Assembly (NCBI GenBank): GCA_964195195.1
Contig: CAXMPN010000001.1
Location: 2,854-39,289 of the forward strand
DNA length: 36,436 bases
DNA from: Pontiella sp.
GTDB taxonomy: Bacteria; Verrucomicrobiota; Kiritimatiellia; Kiritimatiellales; Pontiellaceae
Direction: 5' to 3'
Positions within the stretch are counted from its first letter, which is position 1, and each line of letters begins with the position of its first letter. Below the pieces are notes generated by a model. The model was given only the letters and a program-made list of their open reading frames with translations, was not told the origin of the DNA and did no database searches. Positions 1 through 8,340 of this stretch are shown here, one piece after another. Both the position numbers and the translations under genes were made by a program.

Positions 1-142
1 GTCTGAACCTTCTTCTTCGAAACTGACGGTCGGCAGGGCGGTTATCGCCTTTAACTTTTATTCATCGCCGACATGGGAATAGGGTGCCGTCATGGATGGG
101 GACAGGACTGCCCCCTTTACCCTGCCACATAGGCAAAAGAAA

Positions 143-170
143 ACCCCTGCTAGCCAAAGCTTTACAGGGT
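143..170 (-). terminator. Imperfect hairpin followed by a U-rich tract, downstream of tRNA-Thr
   Basis: The minus strand reads ACCCTG-TAAAGCTTTGGCTAG-CAGGGGT-TTTCTTTT, starting about 10 nt after the tRNA CCA end. Confidence 0.55.
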
Positions 171-179
171 AATCAAAAA

Positions 180-254
180 TGGAGCCGGCGGTCAGAGTCG
201 AACTGACGACCAACGGATTACAAATCCGTTGCTCTGCCACTGAGCTACGCCGGC
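180..254 (-). tRNA. tRNA-Thr (anticodon TGT), CCA encoded
   Basis: Reverse complement GCCGGCGTAGCTCAGTGGCAGAGCAACGGATTTGTAATCCGTTGGTCGTCAGTTCGACTCTGACCGCCGGCTCCA folds as a cloverleaf with a GTTCGA T-loop and an ACGGA-TT-TGT-AA-TCCGT anticodon arm. Confidence 0.97.
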
Positions 255-271
255 TCAAAAAGGAAGGGCGA

Positions 272-299
272 ATTATGCGAATATGCCGCATGAAGTCAA
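272..299 (-). promoter_or_regulatory. Sigma70-type promoter of tRNA-Thr
   Basis: TTGACT-N16-CATAAT on the minus strand, followed by a GC-rich discriminator (TCGCCC), 17 nt upstream of the tRNA. Confidence 0.7.
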
Positions 300-381
300 T
301 ACACCGGATTCACTATTTTCCTTTTTCATATGATCTGCTTTAATCCCGATATTGCGGGTATCGATCAAGCATGGGGTGTTT

Positions 382-1719
382 ATGACGAACGGGAAGAAGG
401 CATGGCGGTGTCAGGTTTGCGGCTACATCCATGACGGAGATGAACCGCCGGCTGCGTGCCCGGATTGCGGAGCCTCCGCGAGCGACTTCGAAACGATCGA
501 CCAGGCAGCCCCCGCGGATGTTGAAGTATCCGCTGCCAGCCGGATAGTTATCGCCGGCGCTGGCATCGCGGGCCTTTCGGCGGCTAAAGCGGTGCGGGAC
601 ACCGCTCCGGATGCCGAGATAACGCTCCTGTCCGCCGAAACGGAACCTCCCTATTACCGGTTGAACCTTACGCGTTACCTGGCTGGGGAGGTTGCCGAAG
701 GGGATCTGCCGATCCATTCATTGAAATGGTACGAGGAGCATCGGATCCATCTCGTTCTTGGAACGTCTCTCGCAAAGGTGCATTCCCCGGAAAAAAAGAT
801 CGAGCTGCTCGATGGCTCTCCGCTCGCATACGACAAGCTGATCGTGGCAACGGGAGCCCGCCCCTTCGTTCCTCCTATTCCGGGAAGCGAACAGCCGCAT
901 GTGCACACATTGCACACGTCGGGGGATGCAAAAACGATCCTGAGTGCGGTCTCTCCTGCAACGCAGGTGGTGTGCATCGGCGGTGGCATTCTCGGGCTGG
1001 AAACGGCAGGGGCCCTGGCGCGTCAGGGGGCGAGCGTGACCGTTCTGGAGGCGTTTGACCATTTGATGCCGCTCCAGCTGAATGCGGCCGGAAGCGATGT
1101 AATGGTCCAGTACCTCAGCACATTGGGTATCGATGTCATCACGCAAGCGCAGACCGCAAAAATTGAGGCTAAAACCATTCAATTGAATGACGGCACCCTG
1201 CTCCCGGCCGATGTGGTGGTGATAACGGTCGGCGTTCGAGCCAACGACCAGATGCTGAAGAATGCGGGACTGCCTGTACACAAAGGCGTGCTCGTCGACA
1301 ACTTCATGCGCACCTCCAATCCCGATATACTGGCGGCTGGCGATGTATGCGAACATGACGGTGTGCTCTATGGATCATGGATCGTGGCCAAGAAGCAGGG
1401 AAAGATTGCCGGCATGAACGCTGCCGGAACACCGACCGAGTTTGGCGGCATTCCCCGCTCCCATTTGCTGAAGGTGCTGGACAAGGATATGTTCAGCATT
1501 GGACAGATTTTGGCATACGATGGAAGTGATAGAATCATTGAAGATCATCCCGACGAAAATTATCGGATGTTCATGGTGCATGATGGCGTACTGGTCGGCG
1601 CACTGCTGGTGGGCGACCTGAAGTTGATGAGCGCATGCCGCAAGGCGATTGAAGGCGGAACCCGGATTGGTTCGGCCACGCTTCCTAAAGAGGTGATCGA
1701 GATCCTCAACGCGCGTTGA
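382..1719 (+). CDS. Rubredoxin-domain-fused FAD/NAD(P)H oxidoreductase (NADH:rubredoxin oxidoreductase / NirB-N-terminal-like)
   Basis: N-terminal WRCQVCGY...CPDCG rubredoxin motif; GAGIAG FAD motif, ATG, GGGILGLE NAD(P) motif and TSNPDILAAGD. ATG at 382 follows GGGGTG. Confidence 0.88.
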   Translation: MTNGKKAWRCQVCGYIHDGDEPPAACPDCGASASDFETIDQAAPADVEVSAASRIVIAGAGIAGLSAAKAVRDTAPDAEITLLSAETEPPYYRLNLTRYLAGEVAEGDLPIHSLKWYEEHRIHLVLGTSLAKVHSPEKKIELLDGSPLAYDKLIVATGARPFVPPIPGSEQPHVHTLHTSGDAKTILSAVSPATQVVCIGGGILGLETAGALARQGASVTVLEAFDHLMPLQLNAAGSDVMVQYLSTLGIDVITQAQTAKIEAKTIQLNDGTLLPADVVVITVGVRANDQMLKNAGLPVHKGVLVDNFMRTSNPDILAAGDVCEHDGVLYGSWIVAKKQGKIAGMNAAGTPTEFGGIPRSHLLKVLDKDMFSIGQILAYDGSDRIIEDHPDENYRMFMVHDGVLVGALLVGDLKLMSACRKAIEGGTRIGSATLPKEVIEILNAR

Positions 1720-2926
1720 GCAGCTCCGCGAGTCTGCGTTTCGGGTCCTCCAGTCGCTCGAGGAGCATTTCATGCACGGCCGTACTGACTTCCGCGAACT
1801 CGGCGCGGCTGTCGATCAGGCGATCCAGTTCGTTTTGCATGTGTTCGAAATCGCAGGCATCCACTGTTCCCGCTGAAGTATGCCCGAATGGAGCCAGAAA
1901 ATTGTCCACTTTGGAACCGCGGCTGATCCCGATGATGGGAACATGCAGCACGGAAGCAAGAATCAGCAGATGCAGCCGGCTGCTGATCACCAAATCCAGC
2001 CGGCCGGCAATGGCCAGTATTTCGCGCGGAGTTCGTCGACCGCCGATGACGACGGAATGGCTCTGGTTCTTCATGCGCCGGCGCAAACTTTCCATCAGCG
2101 GCGCATCGGTTGCGTGGTTCATCGGGAGAAAAACGATACGGTGGTCCTTTTCGGCTAACCGGTCGAGAAAATCGATCAGCTCCTTTTCGTGAACGAGCTG
2201 GCGCTGGGCGGAAATACACAGCCCGACCTTACGGACATCCGACTCAAGAATGGCGCGCGCCTCGCGAGTCAGGGAGACCTCTTCCCAGGAGGCGGGTTTG
2301 AGCAGCTCGGCGGAGTCGGCACCCACGACCGCTTCAGGAACCTCTCCGCAGGCATGGACGGCCGCCAGCGTTTCCGGATCGCGAAGGACCACGAGATCGG
2401 CCCGGTTCAGTTGTTTGGCGATCTCCTTGCGGACACGCGCTTCGGCGGACTGCTCCACCCGTGCTACAACGTCGATGCGCCTCAGGGTGAGCCACGAGCA
2501 TATTGTCAGCAGCTTCCGGCGTTTGCCCGGCAGTACGCGATAGATATGCGGATTGAGTTCGGAGTTCATGCCCACGCCCCACACCACGGTCCGGACTCCG
2601 GCGCGGTGGGCGATATCCAGCATGTTGAGTGGAATTTCGGGATAGTCGGACAGCCCGGTGGCACCGGCCCAAACAAATACATCCGCCCCGGCGATGCAGG
2701 CCTTCATTTGCCGGCGGCTGTAGGGCGGGGCAAATCCAAAAAGCGGCACGGTATCCACGCCCAATCGCCGCGCCGTACCCTCTTGATCATCGGTGCTGAC
2801 CACGATCCTGCCTTCCCGACAGATTTCACGTATCAATCCGACAACGCATTCGAGTATGGCCTCGTCGCCGACATTATTGCGTCCGTAGGGGACGCCGCCC
2901 AAGAGAATTGTGATGGATCGCTGCAA
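1706..2926 (-). CDS. Polysaccharide pyruvyltransferase family protein (CsaB/WcaK-like)
   Basis: YGRNNVGDEAIL, WGVG, LRDPET, GADSA and SSRLHLLI motifs. TTG start after GGAGGTG. Confidence 0.85.
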   Translation of the reverse strand: MQRSITILLGGVPYGRNNVGDEAILECVVGLIREICREGRIVVSTDDQEGTARRLGVDTVPLFGFAPPYSRRQMKACIAGADVFVWAGATGLSDYPEIPLNMLDIAHRAGVRTVVWGVGMNSELNPHIYRVLPGKRRKLLTICSWLTLRRIDVVARVEQSAEARVRKEIAKQLNRADLVVLRDPETLAAVHACGEVPEAVVGADSAELLKPASWEEVSLTREARAILESDVRKVGLCISAQRQLVHEKELIDFLDRLAEKDHRIVFLPMNHATDAPLMESLRRRMKNQSHSVVIGGRRTPREILAIAGRLDLVISSRLHLLILASVLHVPIIGISRGSKVDNFLAPFGHTSAGTVDACDFEHMQNELDRLIDSRAEFAEVSTAVHEMLLERLEDPKRRLAELLNAR

Positions 2927-3012
2927 GACACCTCCCGACCATCCGGTTGCCGAAGTTTATGCCATGCAAAACCGTCTTTTAATAGTCCATGTTCCATTAT
3001 ATTGTTTTCCGC

Positions 3013-3582
3013 ATGCATGCATATCCCAACCTTGGAAACGTGGTACTGGCCAGCGCTTCTCCCCGCCGCCGCGAACTGCTTGCTTCGCTGGGGCTGGAAT
3101 TTATCGTACGCGTACCGGCGATCGAGGAAACGGCACAGCAGGACGAAACCCCGCGCGCATTTGCGGAACGACTCGCCTCGGAAAAGGCCGCAGCCGTATC
3201 GGCCGATCCCGGGTTCACGGTCATTGCGGCGGATACCATCGTGGTGCTGGGCGGCACCATACTCGGCAAGCCATCCGATGAAGCCCATGCCGCCGAAATG
3301 CTTTCTACCTTGTCAGGGAAATCCCACGAGGTCATAACCGCGGTTTGCATTAGCAAAAATGCCGTCGGCCGGGTCTTTTCGGTTTCCACCGAGGTCGAGT
3401 TCCGTAAGCTCACGACGGCGGAAATAGCGGATTATGTATCATCCGGATGCCCGATGGACAAGGCCGGTGCCTACGCTATCCAGGGCGGCGCAGCCCACAT
3501 GGTGCGCAGGATCAACGGATCATACACCAATGTGGTGGGACTCCCCCTGTGCGAGTTGCACAAAGCGTTAATTTCCTTTTGA
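3013..3582 (+). CDS. maf: Maf/YhdE family nucleoside triphosphate pyrophosphatase
   Basis: VLASASPRRRELL, ADTIV, ILGKP, DKAGAYAIQG and GSYTNVVGLP motifs. Confidence 0.93.
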   Translation: MHAYPNLGNVVLASASPRRRELLASLGLEFIVRVPAIEETAQQDETPRAFAERLASEKAAAVSADPGFTVIAADTIVVLGGTILGKPSDEAHAAEMLSTLSGKSHEVITAVCISKNAVGRVFSVSTEVEFRKLTTAEIADYVSSGCPMDKAGAYAIQGGAAHMVRRINGSYTNVVGLPLCELHKALISF

Positions 3583-3635
3583 TTTCACTCAGCGAACTCT
3601 ATATTCATTTCGAGTTCATTATCATGCGGAGCGCA

Positions 3636-5162
3636 ATGCCTGATAGAAGCCAATCAACCGATCGCGTATCATCGCCACCGCCCACGGTTTTTTCCGGTCT
3701 GACGGTTCTGGCGTCCGCATCCGCCGCCGACCTCAGCCACCTAGGCACCGACACCGTCCTGATTACCATCCTCTCGTCAGCCATCCTTCTGCTTTTGGGG
3801 GTGCTGTTCAGGCTTCGTCAGTATCGCATCAGCCTTGAAAGGGAGACCCATGCGCTGAAAAAGAGCGAAAACCATCTCCGCCTGATGGGCGACAACCTTC
3901 CGAGCATGACCATCTTTCAACTACTCTACGGCGACGATGGTACATACCGGTTCTCCTTCATGAGCCGGGGCTATGAACGTATACTCGGCTTCTCCTGCCA
4001 GGATGCCCTGACCGATGCACAGGCGGTATTCGACCATGTCTACGAGGAGGACACCCCCGTTCTGAGACAGGCTTTTGTGCTTGGAAAGGACGAATTGACC
4101 CCTGCGGATCTCGAGATCCGCGCACTCGATGCCAGCGGCTCCCTGAGGTGGCTCAGAATCAATGCGATGCCCCATCGTGATTCAGGCGCCCTGATCTGGG
4201 ATGGATTCATGCAGGACATCTCCATCGTCAAGCACAACGAAGCGGCCATCGTCGAGGAGAACCGCAATTTCCAGAACCTCTTTCACACCATCGACGACTT
4301 GCTGTTGGTATGCGACATGGACGGACGGCTCCTGCACATCAACCCCGCCGTCGAAGACCGGTTGGAGTATCCCCGCGAAGAGCTCCAGTCCATGAGCATC
4401 TTTGAACTGTATCCGCGCGAAGCCCGCGCGGATGCCTATCGAGTGGTGGCACGCATGCAGTCGGAGTCTTCCTTGACCAGCGGGCTTCCCCTGCAGGCCA
4501 AAAACGGGGCCATCATTTCTGCTGAAACCAACGTATTCCAAGGTACTTGGAAGAACCAGCAGGCCATATTCGGTGTCGCGCGTGATATCGGCCGGCGACG
4601 ACAGACCGAAAATGCGTTGCGCGAATCACAACGCATGCTGCAGCTCATCATCGACACCATTCCCATGTCTATCTTTTGGAAAGACAAGGATTCGGTCTAT
4701 CTGGGCAGCAACCGAACTTTTATCGGCGAATGCGGGCTCAGCAGTACGGATCAGGTGGTGGGGCAAACCCCGGCCAGTCTCTTCGACGCCGCCCAGGCCG
4801 CGAAAGTGCTTGAGCGTGACCAAAAGGTAAGCAGCACCAACGAGGCACTGTTCAGTCTGAAGGAGTCGCATTTGCGTCCGGATGGAAGTATCGGGTGGCG
4901 TGAAATCAGCTTGATCCCGTTGATGGATGGAAACGAACGTGCGTCGGGGGTTCTCGGCATTTGGCGCGACGTGTCTGAAAAGAACCAGGCCGAGAACCGC
5001 CTGAAGCGAACGTTGGAAGACATGGAGCGTTTCAATCAGCTGATGCGTGGGCGCGAGCGCCGAACGCTGGAGCTGAAGGCGGAAATCAACCAGTTGCTGA
5101 AGCTTCTGGGGCAAGCACCGAAATATGAAACCACCATGGATACCCTCCCGGAAACGAAATAA
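3636..5162 (+). CDS. Membrane-anchored multi-PAS sensor with a C-terminal coiled coil and no recognisable output domain
   Basis: One hydrophobic helix (VLITILSSAILLLLGVLF) and three PAS/PAC repeats ending in DIS, DIG and DVS. Tail LEDMERFNQLMRGRERRTLELKAEINQLL. No H-box, GGDEF or EAL. Start chosen from the GGAG upstream of 3636; 3624 is an alternative. Confidence 0.82.
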   Translation: MPDRSQSTDRVSSPPPTVFSGLTVLASASAADLSHLGTDTVLITILSSAILLLLGVLFRLRQYRISLERETHALKKSENHLRLMGDNLPSMTIFQLLYGDDGTYRFSFMSRGYERILGFSCQDALTDAQAVFDHVYEEDTPVLRQAFVLGKDELTPADLEIRALDASGSLRWLRINAMPHRDSGALIWDGFMQDISIVKHNEAAIVEENRNFQNLFHTIDDLLLVCDMDGRLLHINPAVEDRLEYPREELQSMSIFELYPREARADAYRVVARMQSESSLTSGLPLQAKNGAIISAETNVFQGTWKNQQAIFGVARDIGRRRQTENALRESQRMLQLIIDTIPMSIFWKDKDSVYLGSNRTFIGECGLSSTDQVVGQTPASLFDAAQAAKVLERDQKVSSTNEALFSLKESHLRPDGSIGWREISLIPLMDGNERASGVLGIWRDVSEKNQAENRLKRTLEDMERFNQLMRGRERRTLELKAEINQLLKLLGQAPKYETTMDTLPETK

Positions 5163-5187
5163 CCTATTTTCGAACGGATGACTCGCA

Positions 5188-7695
5188 ATGGATGACCAAG
5201 CCAAAGTGCATAGTAGGCTGGCTCTGGGCTACGCGCTTGGCGCTATGCTGAACGTGCTGTTGCTGTCCGGGGCGCTCTACGGGCTATCCCTCGTATCAGA
5301 CCCTTTTTTCTTCCGTTTTTCCGGGCTCTTTCTGCTGCTGGTGGCCTGTATTGGCTATCTGGTCGGCAGTGTGGCCGGGCGTCGCATCGACACCGAAAAC
5401 CAGGCAACAAACCGCGAGATCAAGGAACAGCTGGAATCTATGCAGGCACTCGTCAAAGCCAACGAGTCTCTCGAAACGGAAACGCTGGACCTGAAAAACC
5501 ACCGATCGACCCTGCTATCCACTATGGAGGAGGCAGAACGGTTCAACGAGGAACTTCAACGGGAGGTGACCGAGCGGAAACGAGCCGAAGCCGAGGTGGT
5601 CCTCGCCCGCAACAACATGGAACTGATCCTCCATGGCGGAGATCTGGGATACTGGGACTGGGACGTGGCCGGGAACCGCTACACGTTCAACGACCGCTTT
5701 GCATCCATAATGGGAATGGGAATAGAAGATCTCACACCCGATACAGACTGGAGAAGTCAGCAGATCCATCCGGAAGACTACCAGCAGGTCAACCGCACGC
5801 TCAGCCGCCATCTGGAAGGAAAGGCGGACGTCTACAGCTGCGAATACCGCCTTCGGCGCGGTCAGGACGAGTGGATCTGGGTCATCGATCGGGGCCGTGT
5901 GATTAAGCGGGGGGAGCAGCAATCCCCCCTCCGCATGGTCGGGACGTTGCTCGAAATCACCGACCGGAAACAATACGAACTGGAAATGAAGGAAGCCAAC
6001 CGCCTCCTTGACAAGCGCAGCCGGGAGCTTGAAGAAAACCAGCACATTACTATGGGCATGATGGAGGACGCCAACGAGGCCCGTGAGAGCCTTGAACAGG
6101 CCAACCGCCAGCTCCTGATTGCGCGCGAAAAGGCGGAAGCGGCCACCCGCACCAAGTCCGAGTTTCTCGCAAGTATGAGCCATGAAATCCGCACCCCCAT
6201 GAACGGGATCATCGGCACGGCCAGCCTGCTGGATGACACCACGCTATCCGCCGAACAGACGGAGTACCTGCGCATTATCCAAACCTCGGGCGATGCCCTG
6301 CTCACCTTACTGAACGACATCCTCGACTTCTCCAAGATCGAAGCCGGCAAACTGGACCTGAATCCCCACTCTTTCGACCTCCGTGAGGTCTGCGAGCATA
6401 TCACGGAACTGCTCACCCCGACCGCCCTCGAAAAGGGCATCGAGTTGATCCTGCGGTTTGCTCCCAATACGCCGCCTTATGTCGTTGGCGATGCCGGCCG
6501 TGTACGCCAGGTGCTCATGAATCTGGTGGGCAATGCGCTGAAGTTCACGAACAAAGGCTATGTCTATATCGAGGTCCAGACGGTAGCCGGCACGGACCAG
6601 GAAGCCACCATCAGCTTTTCCGTGAAGGACACCGGCATCGGAATTTCAAAAGATGAAATGACCCAGCTATTCAAGAAGTTTTCCCAGGGTGACTCATCGA
6701 CCACCCGCGAATTTGGAGGGACCGGTCTCGGCCTCGCGATCAGCAAACAACTGGTCGAGCTCATGGGAGGAAAGGTCGGAGTGGAAAGCGAGCTGGGGAC
6801 GGGTTCGCTGTTCTGGTTCCGCATCACCCTCCCCATTACCTCCGAACAACGACCGGCAACCATCGATAAAACCTTTTTCGCGGGAGAACAGGTACTCATT
6901 ATCGATGAGCATAAAATCCTGGGCCGGGCCCTGGCGGAATGGATGAATCGATGGGGGCTCAAGGCGGATGCCGTCACATCGGTGGATGATGCCCTGGAGC
7001 AGTTGACCGCCAACCCATACCAGATGGTTCTGGTCGAGGAACATCTTGTATACGAAACCGGCAACCCGCTTTTCAGCCATCCCGCACGGGATACATTCAT
7101 GCTCTTCGTCATTTACCCCATCACCAACCGCGACATTCAGTCGCTCGACCATGCCGGACCGGCCACCCACCTCATTAAACCCATCCGTCTGAACACCCTG
7201 CTCATGAAGACCTCCAAGGCGCTCGGTTATGGCACGGAGTCCGATAGGCTGGCTTCGCCAGTCCGTAACTCAGTAGGCCAGCCCGTTGTGGCATCCTCGA
7301 CCATCGAATCCGCCCACTCCTACCGGATTCTCGTTGTGGAGGACAACCTGGTCAACCAAACCGTTTCCAAGCGAATGCTGTTGAAGGAAGGGTACGAGGT
7401 GGGGGTGGCGGCCAATGGTGAACAGGCGGTGCAAAAGGTTACCGAAGGGGAGCACTTCGATCTCATCTTCATGGACTGCCAGATGCCGCGAATGGATGGC
7501 TATGAAGCTTCGCGCCAAATCCGGAACTTCGAGGAGCAGCGCGGCGACGGTTTACACATCCCGATTATTGCGATCACGGCCAATGCGATGCAGGGAGACC
7601 GCGAGAAATGCATCGCTGCCGGCATGGACGACTATATCGCGAAACCCGTCAAAAGGGATATCCTGTTCGAGATGCTGCGACGACATCTGGGCTGA
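5188..7695 (+). CDS. Hybrid sensor histidine kinase (2 TM, PAS, HisKA, HATPase_c, degenerate REC, REC)
   Basis: H-box FLASMSHEIRTPMNG; N/G boxes NLVGNALKFT, DTGIGI and GGTGLGL; C-terminal receiver VEDN...FMDCQMP...TANA...KP. The middle receiver has E (VLVEE) at the phospho-Asp position. Confidence 0.95.
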   Translation: MDDQAKVHSRLALGYALGAMLNVLLLSGALYGLSLVSDPFFFRFSGLFLLLVACIGYLVGSVAGRRIDTENQATNREIKEQLESMQALVKANESLETETLDLKNHRSTLLSTMEEAERFNEELQREVTERKRAEAEVVLARNNMELILHGGDLGYWDWDVAGNRYTFNDRFASIMGMGIEDLTPDTDWRSQQIHPEDYQQVNRTLSRHLEGKADVYSCEYRLRRGQDEWIWVIDRGRVIKRGEQQSPLRMVGTLLEITDRKQYELEMKEANRLLDKRSRELEENQHITMGMMEDANEARESLEQANRQLLIAREKAEAATRTKSEFLASMSHEIRTPMNGIIGTASLLDDTTLSAEQTEYLRIIQTSGDALLTLLNDILDFSKIEAGKLDLNPHSFDLREVCEHITELLTPTALEKGIELILRFAPNTPPYVVGDAGRVRQVLMNLVGNALKFTNKGYVYIEVQTVAGTDQEATISFSVKDTGIGISKDEMTQLFKKFSQGDSSTTREFGGTGLGLAISKQLVELMGGKVGVESELGTGSLFWFRITLPITSEQRPATIDKTFFAGEQVLIIDEHKILGRALAEWMNRWGLKADAVTSVDDALEQLTANPYQMVLVEEHLVYETGNPLFSHPARDTFMLFVIYPITNRDIQSLDHAGPATHLIKPIRLNTLLMKTSKALGYGTESDRLASPVRNSVGQPVVASSTIESAHSYRILVVEDNLVNQTVSKRMLLKEGYEVGVAANGEQAVQKVTEGEHFDLIFMDCQMPRMDGYEASRQIRNFEEQRGDGLHIPIIAITANAMQGDREKCIAAGMDDYIAKPVKRDILFEMLRRHLG

Positions 7696-7704
7696 TGGCC
7701 CATG

Positions 7705-8190
7705 CTATTCAACCCACTGGCACTTCTCGCACCGAGGCGAATCGCATCCCAGCGCGTGGCAGAAATAGGCTTCAGCGCTTTCCTGCCAGCTGGCATTAAA
7801 GCTCGGGCACTTTTCCGTGTACTCGGCGAACCGGACAAACCGCTGGAGGATATGGTCGGGAATATTGTGCTCCATGGAACGGGCGAACTCCTCCGCCTCG
7901 GAAGACTCGATCCCCAGCACCTGCGTGAAGAAATGCAGCAGGGCCTCATGCTTGACGGCAATGCTCCGGGCAATCTCGCGTCCCTCGTCGGTCAGCGTAA
8001 CCGCTGCATAGGGCGCATAGTTGATCAGTCCCTTTTCCGCAAGGGCCTTGAGTGCACCCGTGACCGATGCCGCCCGCACTTTCATGCGCTGCGCAATTTC
8101 CTTCGGGCGCGCCTTTCCCTCGTCCCGGGAAAGAAAGTAAATCGTTTCCAGGTAGTCTTCCAGACTGGCGCTGAGTACGGGGGATTCCAT
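7705..8190 (-). CDS. DtxR/MntR family metal-dependent transcriptional regulator with a Cys-rich tail
   Basis: SLEDYLETIY, HTH ASVTGALKAL, LTDEGREIA...KH and EFARSMEH motifs. Start may be 8190 or 8202. Confidence 0.9.
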   Translation of the reverse strand: MESPVLSASLEDYLETIYFLSRDEGKARPKEIAQRMKVRAASVTGALKALAEKGLINYAPYAAVTLTDEGREIARSIAVKHEALLHFFTQVLGIESSEAEEFARSMEHNIPDHILQRFVRFAEYTEKCPSFNASWQESAEAYFCHALGCDSPRCEKCQWVE

Positions 8191-8340
8191 GAATGGGTTC
8201 ATATCAAAGCTCGTAAGCCCACCTCAATCCAACTTGGCAACTATTTTTTGCCGGGCCATCGAGGCCCCCTGAAGCCGGCCCTATCAGGATGGAGTCTAAA
8301 TTACTCGCATTCACAAGACCGATCGATATGATCGCGTGCC

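Noticed and set aside
1-179. Integrative-element attachment site at the tRNA-Thr 3' end
   Set aside because: The hairpin after the tRNA resembles those at island junctions, but no integrase or duplicated tRNA 3' end was seen. Any element would extend beyond the left edge, so it cannot be assessed here.
58-291. 77-aa ORF
   Set aside because: It overlaps the tRNA on the same strand and is spurious.
2189-3337. Long alternative-frame ORFs (e.g. 2189-3337, 16909-18045, 19894-20877, 31547-32512, 32642-33769)
   Set aside because: They are antisense shadows of well-supported genes in GC-rich DNA and show no motifs.
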